A DNA stretch of 62,855 nt, counting the filler. It is 10 parts of 10 records of this genome, joined end to end, with 100 filler letters (N's around TTAATTAATTAA, not from the genome) between each part and the next. Parts side by side here need not be neighbours in the genome. Positions count along the whole stretch, not along the records: positions 42,895 to 46,503 come from SRR11831586_124; positions 46,604 to 60,701 come from SRR11831586_129; 8 more parts are not named here. One strand, 5' to 3'. This document shows positions 44,616-57,973 of this stretch, one piece after another. A program made the translations under genes and the position numbers. Each line of letters begins with the position of its first letter. Positions within the stretch are counted from its first letter, which is position 1. The notes under the pieces are model-generated. The model searched no databases. It was not told where the DNA came from and saw nothing but the letters and a program-made list of their open reading frames with translations.

Positions 44616-45686
44616 TTACACCTTACTTAATTTGCCGCAGCAAGTTGCCAGTCGCGCCTTACGCTGCGGTCGAACATACACAAGCCAGGACGCAGTCCAG
44701 ACTCCGAGAATCATAAATACAAGGCCAATCCAGCCCTGCCAGGTCATCATTGCAGTCATAACCAGTCCATTACCGATAGAGCAACCACCTGCAATACTGG
44801 CACCGAAGCCCATCAGTACACCACCTAACCCGCTACGTAATGTTGTTTGTGCATCAGCTGCGCGAACGCGGAACTCACGGCTCGCTTTGGCTGCAATAAA
44901 TGACCCCACGAAGATCCCTAACACCAGGAAAACGCCCCAGTTAATGTATTTCATGTCACCCGCGACCAGAAATTGCAGAATATTGGCCGTTGGGGAAGTG
45001 ATTCCTAACCCAAACATGCGTCCGGTTGCTTCACTCAGGGGCCAGGCTAAAAGCGCAATCAAACCGATGAGTACAGCTGTGACAAAGGGATGCCAGCGTT
45101 TTTCAAACAGAATATGAGCGATCCCGGTTCGGCGCGGCGGTAAGGTCGCGACTTTGAGTTTTGGCTTCTTCAACTCTTTCATCACCACCCAGAGCGTTAT
45201 CACCAGCAAAACGGCAACCAACGGCCACACAGACAAATTAAAAGTCTCAGCAATAGAGTTATGTTCAGTACTGTAGTGCTGCAAGGTTTGATTTAAACCA
45301 CTGGCATGTGGAGAACGCATCACCGCACTCATCACCATATAAGTGAAAAGCGCGATCCAACTGCCGATCAATCCCTCACCCGCGCGATACCAGGTCCCGG
45401 TGGCACATCCACCCGCCAGAACAATTCCCAGCCCGAAGATATACCCACCTATAACAGTACCAAGCCACGGGAACGCCCCAGCTTCGTAAGTCAGTAGGCC
45501 CGCCTGAATTAACGCAAAAACCCCCACGCTTTGTACCGAAATTGCAATCAGCAAGGCGTAAAACATGCGATTATTTTTCACGATATACATATCGCGAAAA
45601 CCACCTGTCAGGCAAAAACGCCCACGCTGCATGACAAATCCCAGCAGAGCACCACAAATTAGCCCGCTTAATATCATTGAAAACAT
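44616..45686 (-). CDS. yeeE: Thiosulfate transporter YeeE/YedE family (apparent 1-nt insertion near the C-terminus)
   Basis: RGRFC, AGGCA and AGGCS motifs; likely native stop at 44627. Confidence 0.93.
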   Translation of the reverse strand: MFSMILSGLICGALLGFVMQRGRFCLTGGFRDMYIVKNNRMFYALLIAISVQSVGVFALIQAGLLTYEAGAFPWLGTVIGGYIFGLGIVLAGGCATGTWYRAGEGLIGSWIALFTYMVMSAVMRSPHASGLNQTLQHYSTEHNSIAETFNLSVWPLVAVLLVITLWVVMKELKKPKLKVATLPPRRTGIAHILFEKRWHPFVTAVLIGLIALLAWPLSEATGRMFGLGITSPTANILQFLVAGDMKYINWGVFLVLGIFVGSFIAAKASREFRVRAADAQTTLRSGLGGVLMGFGASIAGGCSIGNGLVMTAMMTWQGWIGLVFMILGVWTASWLVYVRPQRKARLATCCGKLSKV

Positions 45687-45864
45687 AAATTAATTAACCA
45701 GATGAATGTTAATGAGGAAATTATTCATGACTGGTGGAATGCAGACCAATAACCAAATTCTCTAAATTAGAACAAATGGTTATTAATGAGGAGTTCGATA
45801 CAAAAGAATAAAAAAACCGGAGCCAAATGTTCATTCGACTCCGGTTTATTATTAGAAAAGATGA

Positions 45865-46503
45865 TTATGCTACGTCTTCGTACTGCGGAACCGGATTACG
45901 GAAGCTCTTGGTGACGCAAGCCAGGTAAATCAGACCGATAGCAGCCCAGATCAGACCCAGAACCATTGAGCTTTCTTCCAGGTTAACCCACAGCGCACCA
46001 ACGGTCAGCGCACCACACATCGGCAGGAACAGATACTGGAAGTGATCTTTCAGCGTCTTGTTACGCTTCTCACGGATCCAGAACTGCGAGATGACCGACA
46101 GGTTAACGAAAGTGAACGCCACCAGCGCACCAAAGTTAATCAGCGCCGTTGCCATTACCAGGTCGAAGTTGATTGCCAGCAGGGCAATCGCGCCAACCAG
46201 GATGATGTTCATCGCCGGAGTACGCCATTTCGGGTGTACATAACCGAAGAAGCTTTTCGGGAATACGCCGTCACGACCCATTACGTACATCAGACGCGCT
46301 ACGCCTGCATGCGCCGCCATACCGGACGCCAGTACGGTAATGGTGGAGAAGATCAGCGCGCCAACCTGGAACGCTTTACCCGCAACGTACAGCATGATTT
46401 CAGGCTGTGACGCATCCGGATCTTTAAAGCGAGAGATATCCGGGAAGTACAGCTGCAGGAAGTAAGTTGCAAAGATGAAGATCATGCCGCCGATCAGCGC
46501 GGT
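45865..46503 (-). CDS. plaP: Putrescine importer, APC family (5' truncated)
   Basis: [11 protein letters not shown] and HPKWRTP; ends PVPQYEDVA (yeeF). Confidence 0.9.
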   Translation of the reverse strand, partial: TALIGGMIFIFATYFLQLYFPDISRFKDPDASQPEIMLYVAGKAFQVGALIFSTITVLASGMAAHAGVARLMYVMGRDGVFPKSFFGYVHPKWRTPAMNIILVGAIALLAINFDLVMATALINFGALVAFTFVNLSVISQFWIREKRNKTLKDHFQYLFLPMCGALTVGALWVNLEESSMVLGLIWAAIGLIYLACVTKSFRNPVPQYEDVA

Positions 46504-46603
46504 NNNNNNNNNNNNNNNNNNNNNNNNNNNNNNNNNNNNNNNNNNNNTTAATTAATTAANNNNNNNNNNNNNNNNNNNNNNNNNNNNNNNNNNNNNNNNN
46601 NNN
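46504..46603. other. Artificial contig linker
   Basis: N44-TTAATTAATTAA-N44. Confidence 0.99.
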
Positions 46604-47627
46604 TTTTTTTCAGGCGGGACGCTGTGCGTACGCGCTGGCGCGCGGGCAGGCCGCTGGCGGTGTTACCGCTTAGTTTTGCCAGCAAAGGCTGTACCAGTTG
46701 ATAGAAGGTCAGCGTCGCTGAAACCGGGTTGCCCGGCAGGCCGCAGAACCAGCTATTGCTGAGTTTACCGAACGCGAACGGTTTACCTGGTTTAATCGCC
46801 AGCTTCCAGAAGGCGATCTCCCCCAGCTCTTCAAGAATCGTTTTGGTGTAATCCGCCTCACCCACTGAAACACCGCCGGAACTGATCACCACATCCGCCT
46901 GGCTGTCGGCTTCAATAAATGCGGCGCGCAGGGCATGGGGATCGTCGCGGATAATCCCTAAGTTAATTACCTCGCATCCCAACTGTTCTAACATCAGGTG
47001 TACGGCGAGACGGTTGGTATCGTAGATTTGGCCGTCGCCCAGCGGCTGACCGGGCAACTGGAGTTCATCACCGGTAGAAAAAAGCGCTACACGCACTTTA
47101 CGAATCACCGGAACTTCGGCAATCCCCAGTGAAGCAATTACTGGCAGCTCTGCGGTAGTCAGGCGAGTTCCCGCCGGGAAAACAACCGCACCTGCAGAGA
47201 TATCTTCACCGCGACGGCGAATATTTTGCCCGCTACGCACTTCAGCAGTAAAACGCACGCCATTGTCCATTTGTTCAGTCTGCTCCTGCATCACCACCGC
47301 TTCGCAGCCTTCCGGCACCGGCGCACCGGTCATAATACGAATGCAGGTACCCGCAGGCCATTCACCATGGTATGGCTGACCGGCAAAGGATTTACCGGCA
47401 ACGGGCAGCGGTTGCCCGGAGGCAATATCGGCTAAACGCACCGCGTAGCCGTCCATTGCGGAGTTATCAAACCCCGGAACATCAAGCGGCGAAACGACAT
47501 CGCTCGCCAGAATACGACCAAAACACTGTACCAGTGGCAGCGTTTCCTGGGCGGTCAGTGGGGTGACGCGAGAAAGCATCTCATTAAGCGCGGTGTCGAG
47601 CGACATCAATCCGGTGGTAAATTCCAT
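46604..47627 (-). CDS. moeA: Molybdopterin molybdotransferase (3' truncated)
   Basis: SAMDGYA, STGDEL, SSGGVS, GLPGNP. Confidence 0.97.
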
Positions 47628-47830
47628 GAAAACACTCCTGCGGAGGCAAAATCGAATTTGCCTATTATGTCAGAAAAACGCCACAGACTGTATGCCACCT
47701 CGGGCGTAGCGCTGGGTCCTGCCTTTACATGCCATATCCATCTTTCTATATTCAAAAATTGAATGAGTAATTCATAAAAATTCTGATATTTATAGCAAAA
47801 GTGGCGAACCACCCTTAATGGACGAATACT

Positions 47831-48796
47831 ATGGGCAAAGCAGTCATTGCAATTCATGGTGGCGCAGGTGCAATTAGCCGCGCGCAGATGAGTCTGCAAC
47901 AGGAATTACGCTACATCGAGGCGTTGTCTGCCATTGTTGAAACCGGGCAGAAAATGCTGGAAGCGGGCGAAAGTGCGCTGGATGTGGTGACGGAAGCGGT
48001 GCGTCTGCTGGAAGAGTGTCCACTGTTTAACGCCGGAATTGGCGCTGTCTTTACGCGTGATGAAACCCATGAACTGGACGCCTGTGTGATGGATGGTAAC
48101 ACCCTGAAAGCCGGTGCGGTGGCGGGCGTTAGTCATCTGCGTAATCCGGTTCTTGCCGCCCGGCTGGTGATGGAGCAAAGCCCGCATGTGATGATGATTG
48201 GCGAAGGGGCAGAAAATTTTGCGTTTGCTCGTGGCATGGAGCGCGTCTCGCCGGAGATTTTCTCCACGTCTTTGCGTTATGAACAACTACTGGCAGCGCG
48301 CAAGGAAGGGGCAACCGTCCTCGACCATAGCGGTGCGCCACTGGATGAAAAACAGAAAATGGGCACCGTGGGGGCCGTGGCGTTGGATTTAGACGGCAAT
48401 TTGGCGGCAGCCACGTCCACAGGCGGAATGACCAATAAATTACCCGGACGAGTTGGCGATAGTCCCTTAGTGGGTGCCGGATGCTACGCCAATAACGCCA
48501 GTGTGGCGGTTTCTTGTACCGGCACGGGCGAAGTCTTCATCCGCGCGCTGGCGGCATATGACATCGCCGCGTTAATGGATTACGGCGGATTAAGTCTCGC
48601 GGAAGCCTGCGAGCGGGTAGTAATGGAAAAACTCCCTGCGCTTGGCGGTAGCGGTGGCTTAATCGCTATCGACCATGAAGGGAATGTCGCGCTACCGTTT
48701 AACACCGAAGGAATGTATCGCGCCTGGGGCTACGCAGGCGATACGCCAACCACCGGTATCTACCGTGAAAAAGGGGACACCGTTGCCACACAGTGA
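47831..48796 (+). CDS. iaaA: Isoaspartyl peptidase / L-asparaginase
   Basis: 321 aa Ntn hydrolase: IHGGAG, GTVGAVA, GRVGDSP. Confidence 0.96.
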
Positions 48797-50654
48797 TGAA
48801 CTTGATGCCGGTAATGTGCTGGCGGTTGAAAATCTGAATATTGCCTTTATGCAGGACCAGCAGAAAATAGCTGCGGTCCGCAATCTCTCTTTTAGTCTGC
48901 AACGCGGTGAGACGCTGGCAATTGTTGGCGAATCCGGCTCCGGTAAGTCAGTGACTGCGTTGGCATTGATGCGCCTGTTGGAACAGGCGGGCGGTTTAGT
49001 ACAGTGCGATAAAATGCTGTTGCAGCGGCGCAGTCGCGAAGTGATTGAACTTAGCGAGCAGAACGCTGCACAAATGCGCCATGTTCGCGGTGCGGATATG
49101 GCGATGATATTTCAGGAGCCGATGACATCGCTGAACCCGGTATTTACTGTGGGTGAACAGATTGCCGAATCAATTCGTCTGCATCAGAACGCCAGTCGTG
49201 AAGAAGCGATGGTCGAGGCGAAGCGGATGCTGGATCAGGTACGCATTCCTGAGGCACAAACCATTCTTTCACGTTATCCGCATCAACTCTCTGGCGGGAT
49301 GCGCCAGCGAGTGATGATTGCGATGGCGCTGTCATGCCGCCCGGCGGTGCTGATTGCCGATGAGCCAACCACCGCGCTGGATGTCACTATTCAGGCGCAG
49401 ATCCTGCAATTAATCAAAGTATTGCAAAAAGAGATGTCGATGGGCGTTATCTTTATCACTCACGATATGGGCGTGGTGGCAGAGATTGCCGATCGGGTAC
49501 TGGTGATGTATCAGGGCGAGGCGGTGGAAACGGGTACCGTCGAACAGATTTTTCATGCACCGCAACATCCTTACACCCGTGCGCTGTTAGCTGCTGTTCC
49601 GCAACTTGGTGCGATGAAAGGGTTAGATTATCCCCGACGTTTCCCGTTGATATCGCTTGAACATCCAGCGAAACAGGCCCCCCCCATCGAGCAGAAAACG
49701 GTGGTGGATGGCGAACCTGTTTTACGAGTGCGTAATCTTGTCACCCGTTTCCCTTTGCGCAGCGGTTTGTTGAATCGCGTAACGCGGGAAGTGCATGCCG
49801 TTGAGAAAGTCAGTTTTGATCTCTGGCCTGGCGAAACGCTATCGCTGGTGGGCGAGTCTGGCAGCGGTAAATCCACTACCGGGCGGGCGTTGCTGCGCCT
49901 GGTCGAATCGCAGGGCGGCGAAATTATCTTTAACGGTCAGCGAATCGATACCTTGTCACCCGGCAAACTTCAGGCATTACGCCGGGATATTCAGTTTATT
50001 TTTCAGGACCCTTACGCTTCGCTGGACCCACGTCAGACCATCGGTGATTCGATTATCGAACCGCTGCGTGTACACGGTTTATTGCCAGGTAAAGACGCGG
50101 CTGCACGCGTTGCGTGGTTGCTGGAGCGCGTGGGCCTGTTACCTGAACATGCCTGGCGTTACCCGCATGAGTTTTCCGGCGGTCAGCGCCAGCGCATCTG
50201 CATTGCTCGCGCGTTGGCATTGAATCCAAAAGTGATCATTGCCGACGAAGCCGTTTCGGCGCTGGATGTTTCTATTCGCGGGCAGATTATCAACTTGTTG
50301 CTCGATCTCCAGCGTGATTTCGGCATTGCGTATCTGTTTATCTCCCACGATATGGCGGTGGTAGAGCGGATTAGTCATCGTGTGGCGGTGATGTATCTCG
50401 GGCAAATTGTTGAAATTGGTCCACGGCGCGCGGTCTTCGAAAACCCGCAGCATCCTTATACGCGTAAATTACTGGCGGCAGTTCCGGTCGCTGAACCGTC
50501 CCGACAACGACCGCAGCGTGTACTGCTGTCGGACGATCTTCCCAGCAATATTCATCTGCGTGGCGAAGAGGTGGCAGCCGTCTCGTTGCAATGCGTCGGG
50601 CCGGGGCATTACGTCGCACAACCACAATCAGAATACGCATTCATGCGTAGATAA
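48783..50654 (+). CDS. gsiA: Glutathione ABC transporter ATP-binding protein
   Basis: TTG start, 623 aa, two [11 protein letters not shown] domains. Confidence 0.95.
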   Translation: MPHSDELDAGNVLAVENLNIAFMQDQQKIAAVRNLSFSLQRGETLAIVGESGSGKSVTALALMRLLEQAGGLVQCDKMLLQRRSREVIELSEQNAAQMRHVRGADMAMIFQEPMTSLNPVFTVGEQIAESIRLHQNASREEAMVEAKRMLDQVRIPEAQTILSRYPHQLSGGMRQRVMIAMALSCRPAVLIADEPTTALDVTIQAQILQLIKVLQKEMSMGVIFITHDMGVVAEIADRVLVMYQGEAVETGTVEQIFHAPQHPYTRALLAAVPQLGAMKGLDYPRRFPLISLEHPAKQAPPIEQKTVVDGEPVLRVRNLVTRFPLRSGLLNRVTREVHAVEKVSFDLWPGETLSLVGESGSGKSTTGRALLRLVESQGGEIIFNGQRIDTLSPGKLQALRRDIQFIFQDPYASLDPRQTIGDSIIEPLRVHGLLPGKDAAARVAWLLERVGLLPEHAWRYPHEFSGGQRQRICIARALALNPKVIIADEAVSALDVSIRGQIINLLLDLQRDFGIAYLFISHDMAVVERISHRVAVMYLGQIVEIGPRRAVFENPQHPYTRKLLAAVPVAEPSRQRPQRVLLSDDLPSNIHLRGEEVAAVSLQCVGPGHYVAQPQSEYAFMRR

Positions 50655-50673
50655 CATTCAGGCGGAGAATAAA

Positions 50674-52212
50674 ATGGCAAGAGCTGTACACCGTAGTGGG
50701 TTAGTGGCGCTGGGCATTGCGACAGCGTTGATGGCATCTTGTGCATTCGCTGCCAAAGATGTGGTGGTGGCGGTAGGATCGAATTTCACCACGCTCGATC
50801 CGTATGACGCAAATGACACGTTATCTCAGGCCGTAGCGAAATCGTTTTACCAGGGGCTGTTCGGTCTGGATAAAGAGATGAAACTGAAAAACGTGCTGGC
50901 GGAGAGTTATACCGTTTCCGATGACGGCATTACTTACACCGTGAAATTGCGGGAAGGCATTAAATTCCAGGATGGCACCGATTTCAACGCCGCGGCGGTG
51001 AAAGCGAATCTGGACCGGGCCAGCGATCCGGCGAATCATCTTAAACGCTATAACCTGTATAAGAATATTGCTAAAACGGAAGCGATCGATCCGACAACGG
51101 TAAAGATTACCCTCAAACAGCCGTTCTCAGCGTTTATTAATATTCTTGCCCATCCGGCGACCGCGATGATTTCACCGGCAGCGCTGGAAAAATATGGCAA
51201 GGAGATTGGTTTTTATCCGGTGGGAACCGGACCGTATGAACTGGATACCTGGAATCAGACCGATTTTGTGAAGGTGAAAAAATTCGCGGGTTACTGGCAG
51301 CCAGGATTGCCCAAACTGGACAGCATAACCTGGCGTCCGGTGGCGGATAACAACACCCGCGCGGCAATGCTGCAAACCGGTGAAGCGCAGTTTGCTTTCC
51401 CCATTCCTTACGAGCAGGCCACACTGCTGGAGAAAAACAAAAATATCGAGTTGATGGCCAGTCCGTCAATTATGCAGCGTTATATCAGTATGAACGTGAC
51501 GCAAAAGCCGTTCGATAACCCGAAGGTCCGTGAGGCGCTGAATTACGCCATTAACCGTCCGGCGCTGGTGAAAGTTGCCTTTGCGGGCTATGCAACGCCA
51601 GCTACTGGTGTGGTACCGCCAAGTATCGCCTACGCGCAAAGTTATAAACCGTGGCCTTACGATCCAGTGAAAGCGCGCGAATTACTGAAAGAGGCGGGAT
51701 ATCCCAACGGTTTCAGTACCACGCTGTGGTCGTCACATAACCACAGCACCGCGCAGAAAGTGCTGCAATTTACCCAGCAGCAGTTAGCGCAGGTCGGGAT
51801 TAAAGCCCAGGTGACTGCGATGGATGCCGGACAGCGGGCGGCAGAAGTTGAAGGTAAAGGGCAAAAAGAGAGCGGCGTGCGGATGTTCTACACTGGCTGG
51901 TCGGCTTCAACCGGCGAAGCGGACTGGGCACTATCGCCGCTGTTTGCCTCGCAGAACTGGCCACCGACGCTGTTTAATACCGCGTTTTACAGCAATAAAC
52001 AGGTGGATGACTTCCTGGCTCAGGCACTGAAAACTAATGATCCGGCGGAAAAGACCCGCTTATATAAGGCGGCGCAGGATATCATCTGGCAAGAATCGCC
52101 GTGGATCCCGCTGGTGGTAGAAAAACTGGTGTCGGCACACAGTAAAAACCTGACCGGTTTTTGGATCATGCCAGACACCGGCTTCAGCTTTGAAGACGCG
52201 GATTTGCAATAA
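50674..52212 (+). CDS. gsiB: Glutathione ABC transporter periplasmic binding protein
   Basis: 512 aa from [12 protein letters not shown] family 5. Confidence 0.95.
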
Positions 52213-52229
52213 GCAACGCAGGGAGTGGA

Positions 52230-53150
52230 ATGCTTAATTACGTTATCAAACGCTTACTGGGGTTGATTCCGACGCTGTTTATCGTCTCGGTGCTGGTGTT
52301 TTTATTTGTCCATATGCTGCCCGGCGATCCGGCGCGATTGATTGCCGGGCCCGAAGCTGATGCGCAGGTTATAGAACTGGTGCGTCAGCAGCTGGGGTTG
52401 GATCAGCCGCTGTATCACCAGTTCTGGCACTATATCAGCAATGCTGTGCAGGGGGATTTTGGCCTGTCGATGGTGTCGCGTCGTCCGGTTGCCGATGAGA
52501 TTGCCAGCCGCTTTATGCCAACGCTGTGGCTGACCATAACCAGTATGGTCTGGGCGGTTATATTTGGTATGGCGGCGGGAATTATCGCCGCCGTCTGGCG
52601 TAACCGTTGGCCGGATCGATTGAGTATGACCATTGCGGTGTCGGGGATCTCGTTTCCGGCATTTGCTCTGGGGATGCTTTTAATTCAGGTATTCTCCGTT
52701 GAACTGGGCTGGCTGCCTACCGTGGGAGCAGACAGTTGGCAGCACTACATTTTACCCTCCCTGACGCTCGGCGCGGCAGTGGCCGCCGTGATGGCGCGCT
52801 TTACCCGCGCGTCGTTTGTCGATGTTTTAAGCGAAGATTATATGCGTACCGCGAGGGCGAAAGGGGTGAGCGAAACCTGGGTTGTCCTCAAACACGGGCT
52901 ACGTAACGCGATGATCCCGGTAGTGACCATGATGGGCTTACAGTTTGGCTTTTTGCTCGGTGGTTCCATCGTTGTGGAGAAAGTTTTCAACTGGCCGGGA
53001 CTTGGACGCTTACTCGTTGACTCCGTAGAAATGCGTGATTACCCGGTGATTCAGGCGGAAATTCTGCTTTTCTCGCTGGAATTTATTCTTATCAACTTAG
53101 TGGTGGATGTGCTTTACGCCGCCATTAACCCGGCTATCAGGTACAAGTAA
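52230..53150 (+). CDS. gsiC: Glutathione ABC transporter permease
   Basis: 306 aa; LPGDPA and TARAKG. Confidence 0.95.
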
Positions 53151-53152
53151 GG

Positions 53153-54064
53153 ATGCGACTATTTAACTGGCGACGTCAGGCGGTGTTAAACGCCATGCCA
53201 CTGGTCAAACCTGACCAGGTACGTACACCGTGGCATGAATTCTGGCGACGATTTCGCCGTCAGCATATGGCGATGACCGCCGCATTATTCGTTATTTTAT
53301 TGATTGTGGTGGCCATTTTTGCACGCTGGATCGCTCCCTATGACGCCGAAAATTATTTTGATTATGACAATCTGAATAACGGACCTTCTTTGCAGCACTG
53401 GTTTGGCGTCGATTCACTGGGGCGTGACATTTTCAGCCGTGTCCTGGTTGGTGCGCAAATCTCGCTGGCGGCGGGCGTGTTTGCCGTGTTTATCGGTGCG
53501 GCGATCGGGACGTTGCTGGGCTTGCTCGCTGGATATTATGAAGGCTGGTGGGATCGGCTGATCATGCGCATTTGCGATGTGCTGTTTGCCTTCCCGGGTA
53601 TTTTACTGGCGATCGCTGTTGTTGCGGTGTTGGGAAGCGGCATTGCTAACGTGATTATTGCAGTCGCCATTTTTTCCATCCCCGCGTTTGCCCGCCTGGT
53701 GCGCGGCAACACGCTGGTGTTGAAACAGCAAACCTTTATTGAGTCAGCACGCAGTATTGGTGCCAGCGATATGACCGTTTTGTTGCGTCATATCCTGCCT
53801 GGGACCGTCTCTTCTATCGTGGTGTTTTTCACCATGCGCATTGGTACCTCGATTATCTCTGCCGCCAGCCTCTCATTTCTCGGCCTCGGTGCGCAGCCGC
53901 CGACACCAGAGTGGGGAGCAATGCTCAATGAGGCTCGAGCGGATATGGTTATCGCGCCGCATGTCGCTGTTTTTCCGGCCCTGGCTATTTTTCTGACCGT
54001 ACTGGCGTTCAATTTGTTGGGCGATGGTTTACGCGATGCGCTGGATCCGAAAATTAAAGGATAG
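53153..54064 (+). CDS. gsiD: Glutathione ABC transporter permease
   Basis: 303 aa; GRDIFSR and [10 protein letters not shown]. Confidence 0.95.
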
Positions 54065-54241
54065 TTACGTTTGAATATTGCTTGAAAGGGTAATCACCTC
54101 ACAGGAAATTATTGCCCTAAGCAAGTGTTGTAACTTTCTGCTGATTTTGTAGAATCGGGTAATTTGGTTAAAAAGCCGCAGCAAGGGACAATTTTTGCAG
54201 CGGCACAGCGTTCAGATAGTTATTTTGTTAAATGTATTAAC

Positions 54242-56591
54242 ATGCTGAGTTTATACGAAAAGATAAAGATAAGGCTGATAATTTTATTTTTATTGGCAGC
54301 ACTGTCATTTATTGGTCTTTTTTTCATCATTAACTATCAACTGGTATCGGAGCGCGCGGTAAAACGTGCCGATAGCCGCTTTGAACTTATTCAGAAAAAC
54401 GTTGGCTATTTCTTTAAAGATATTGAACGTTCGGCCCTGACATTAAAGGACTCACTGTATTTATTAAAAAATACAGAGGAGATTCAACGCGCCGTGATTC
54501 TTAAAATGGAAATGATGCCATTTTTAGACTCGGTGGGACTGGTACTTGATGATAATAAATATTATCTTTTTTCGCGGAGGGCGAATGATAAAATCGTTGT
54601 TTATCATCAGGAACAAGTAAATGGACCGCTTGTCGACGAGTCAGGGCGGGTTATTTTTGCCGATTTTAACCCATCGAAACGACCGTGGTCGGTGGCTTCA
54701 GATGACTCTAACAACAGCTGGAATCCGGCATACAATTGCTTTGATCGTCCGGGTAAAAAATGTATCTCTTTTACGCTACACATCAACGGCAAAGATCACG
54801 ATTTGTTAGCGGTGGATAAAATTCATGTCGATTTAAACTGGCGATATCTGAACGAGTATCTTGATCAAATCAGCGCTAATGATGAAGTTCTATTTTTGAA
54901 ACAAGGCCATGAGATCATTGCCAAGAATCAACTCGCTCGTGAAAAACTGATTATTTATAATAGCGAAGGTAATTATAATATTATTGATTCTGTCGATACT
55001 GAATATATCGAAAAAACATCAGCGGTGCCAAACAACGCATTATTCGAAATCTATTTTTATTATCCTGGCGGTAATTTATTGAACGCATCAGATAAACTTT
55101 TTTATCTGCCGTTTGCGTTCATTATTATCGTATTGCTGGTGGTTTATTTAATGACCACTCGTGTGTTCCGTCGGCAATTTTCTGAAATGACAGAGCTGGT
55201 TAATACGCTGGCGTTTTTGCCTGACTCAACGGATCAAATCGAGGCTCTGAAAATTCGTGAAGGCGATGCGAAAGAGATTATCAGCATCAAAAATTCGATC
55301 GCGGAAATGAAAGATGCCGAAATTGAAACGGTCAAATAAATTGCTCTCACTGATCTCTTACGATCAGGAAAGTGGTTTTATTAAAAATATGGCGATTATT
55401 GAGTCTAACAATAATCAGTATCTGGCTGTGGGGATCATCAAACTGTGTGGTCTGGAAGCCGTGGAAGCGGTGTTTGGTGTTGATGAGCGCAATAAAATCG
55501 TCAGGAAATTGTGTCAGCGAATTGCCGAGAAATATGCGCAATGCTGCGATATCGTGACATTCAATGCCGATCTCTATTTACTTCTGTGTCGGGAAAATGT
55601 ACAGACATTTACCCGTAAAATAGCGATGGTAAACGATTTTGACAGCAGCTTTGGCTACCGCAATCTGCGCATCCATAAGTCTGCCATTTGTGAACCTTTG
55701 CAGGGGGAAAACGCCTGGAGTTACGCAGAAAAACTGAAACTGGCGATTTCCAGTATCCGTGACCATATGTTCTCAGAGTTTATTTTCTGTGATGACGCGA
55801 AACTCAACGAAATAGAAGAGAATATCTGGATTGCGCGTAATATTCGCCATGCAATGGAAATTGGCGAACTATTCCTCGTCTATCAACCGATCGTTGATAT
55901 TAACACCCGCGCCATTCTGGGCGCGGAGGCGTTGTGCCGTTGGGTGTCTGCGGAGCGGGGGATCATTTCACCGCTGAAGTTCATTACCATTGCTGAAGAT
56001 ATCGGGTTTATCAATGAGCTGGGTTATCAGATTATTAAAACGGCAATGGGTGAATTCAGACATTTTAGTCAGCGTGCGTCGCTGAAGGATGATTTCTTAC
56101 TGCATATTAATGTTTCGCCCTGGCAGTTAAACGAACCACACTTTCATGAGCGTTTTACCACCATCATGAAAGAAAATGGCCTGAAGGCGAACAGCCTCTG
56201 TGTTGAGATCACTGAAACCGTGATCGAGCGAATTAATGAACATTTTTATCTCAATATTGAACAACTGCGTAAACAAGGGGTACGGATATCGATTGATGAC
56301 TTTGGCACCGGTTTGTCAAACCTGAAACGTTTTTATGAAATTAATCCAGACAGCATAAAGGTGGACTCGCAATTCACCGGCGATATTTTCGGTACTGCGG
56401 GAAAAATTGTGCGCATTATTTTCGACCTGGCACGCTATAACCGGATCCCGGTGATTGCGGAAGGCGTAGAGAGCGAAGACGTTGCGCGCGAATTAATCAA
56501 ATTAGGATGTGTTCAGGCTCAGGGGTATCTGTACCAGAAACCCATGCCATTCTCCGCCTGGGATAAAAGTGGAAAATTAGTAAAAGAGTAG
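54242..56591 (+). CDS. pdeI: c-di-GMP phosphodiesterase, EAL domain (apparent 1-nt insertion at about 55327)
   Basis: Sensor/TM half and EAL half (AEALCRW, DDFGTG) are in different frames; span is 2350 nt (yliE). Confidence 0.9.
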
Positions 56592-56598
56592 TTTACGT

Positions 56599-57927
56599 AT
56601 GTCCAGAATCAATAAGTTCGTACTTACAGTCAGTCTGCTGATTTTTATCATGATTTCAGCAGTTGCCTGCGGGATCTACACTCAAATGGTAAAGGAACGG
56701 GTGTATAGCCTGAAACAGTCCGTTATTGATACTGCTTTTGCGGTGGCAAATATTGCTGAATATCGGCGTAGCGTGGCAATTGATCTTATCAACACGCTAA
56801 ATCCCACGGAGGAACAGCTGTTGGTTGGTTTGCGCACAGCTTACGCCGACTCGGTTTCCCCCTCTTATTTGTACGATGTCGGTCCTTATCTGATTTCCAG
56901 TGACGAATGTATTCAGGTAAAGGAGTTCGAGAAAAATTATTGTGCAGATATTATGCAGGTTGTGAAGTATCGACATGTCAAAAATACAGGGTTTATCTCT
57001 TTTGACGGTAAAACCTTCGTCTATTACCTCTATCCGGTAACTCACAATCGTAGTCTGATATTTTTGCTTGGTCTGGAGCGTTTTTCTTTACTGTCAAAAT
57101 CGCTGGCGATGGACAGCGAGAACCTGATGTTCTCTCTATTTAAGAACGGTAAACCGGTGACCGGTGATGAATATAATGCTAAAAACGCCATCTTCACCGT
57201 TTCGGAAGCGATGGAGCACTTCGCCTATTTGCCGACCGGATTGTATGTATTTGCGTATAAAAAAGATGTTTATTTGCGGGTTTGTACATTGATTATTTTC
57301 TTTGCCGCATTGGTGGCAGTGATATCGGGTGCCAGTTGCCTCTATCTGGTACGCAGAGTGATTAATCGTGGTATTGTGGAGAAAGAAGCCATCATTAATA
57401 ACCATTTTGAACGCGTACTGGATGGCGGGCTTTTCTTTTCGGCTGCCGATGTCAAAAAACTCTACAGTATGTATAACTCGGCGTTCCTGGACGACCTGAC
57501 CAAAGCAATGGGCAGAAAATCCTTTGACGAAGATTTAAAAGCGCTGCCGGAAAAAGGCGGTTATTTGTGCCTGTTTGACGTCGATAAATTCAAAAACATT
57601 AACGACACCTTCGGTCATTTGCTGGGCGATGAAGTGTTGATGAAAGTGGTGAAAATCCTTAAATCACAGATCCCGGTAGATAAAGGTAAAGTCTACCGCT
57701 TCGGCGGTGACGAATTTGCGGTGATTTATACGGGTGGAACGCTGGAAGAGTTGCTATCGATTCTAAAAGAAATCGTTCATTTCCAGGTGGGAAGCATTAA
57801 TTTAAGTACCAGTATCGGTGTAGCACATTCAAATGAATGTCCTACCGTCGAACGCTTGAAAATGCTGGCGGATGAGCGGCTGTATAAGAGTAAGAAAAAC
57901 GGCAGGGCACAGATTAGCTGGCAGTAA
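56599..57927 (+). CDS. dgcI: Diguanylate cyclase
   Basis: 442 aa; [14 protein letters not shown] and RFGGDEF (yliF). Confidence 0.94.
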   Translation: MSRINKFVLTVSLLIFIMISAVACGIYTQMVKERVYSLKQSVIDTAFAVANIAEYRRSVAIDLINTLNPTEEQLLVGLRTAYADSVSPSYLYDVGPYLISSDECIQVKEFEKNYCADIMQVVKYRHVKNTGFISFDGKTFVYYLYPVTHNRSLIFLLGLERFSLLSKSLAMDSENLMFSLFKNGKPVTGDEYNAKNAIFTVSEAMEHFAYLPTGLYVFAYKKDVYLRVCTLIIFFAALVAVISGASCLYLVRRVINRGIVEKEAIINNHFERVLDGGLFFSAADVKKLYSMYNSAFLDDLTKAMGRKSFDEDLKALPEKGGYLCLFDVDKFKNINDTFGHLLGDEVLMKVVKILKSQIPVDKGKVYRFGGDEFAVIYTGGTLEELLSILKEIVHFQVGSINLSTSIGVAHSNECPTVERLKMLADERLYKSKKNGRAQISWQ

Positions 57928-57937
57928 TCATTATTCG

Positions 57938-57968
57938 CAGGCCGGACAAATGATTTTGCCCGGCCTGA
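57938..57968. terminator. Hairpin between convergent dgcI and rimO
   Basis: CAGGCCGG ... CCGGCCTG inverted repeat. Confidence 0.6.
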
Positions 57969-57973
57969 ATTAA

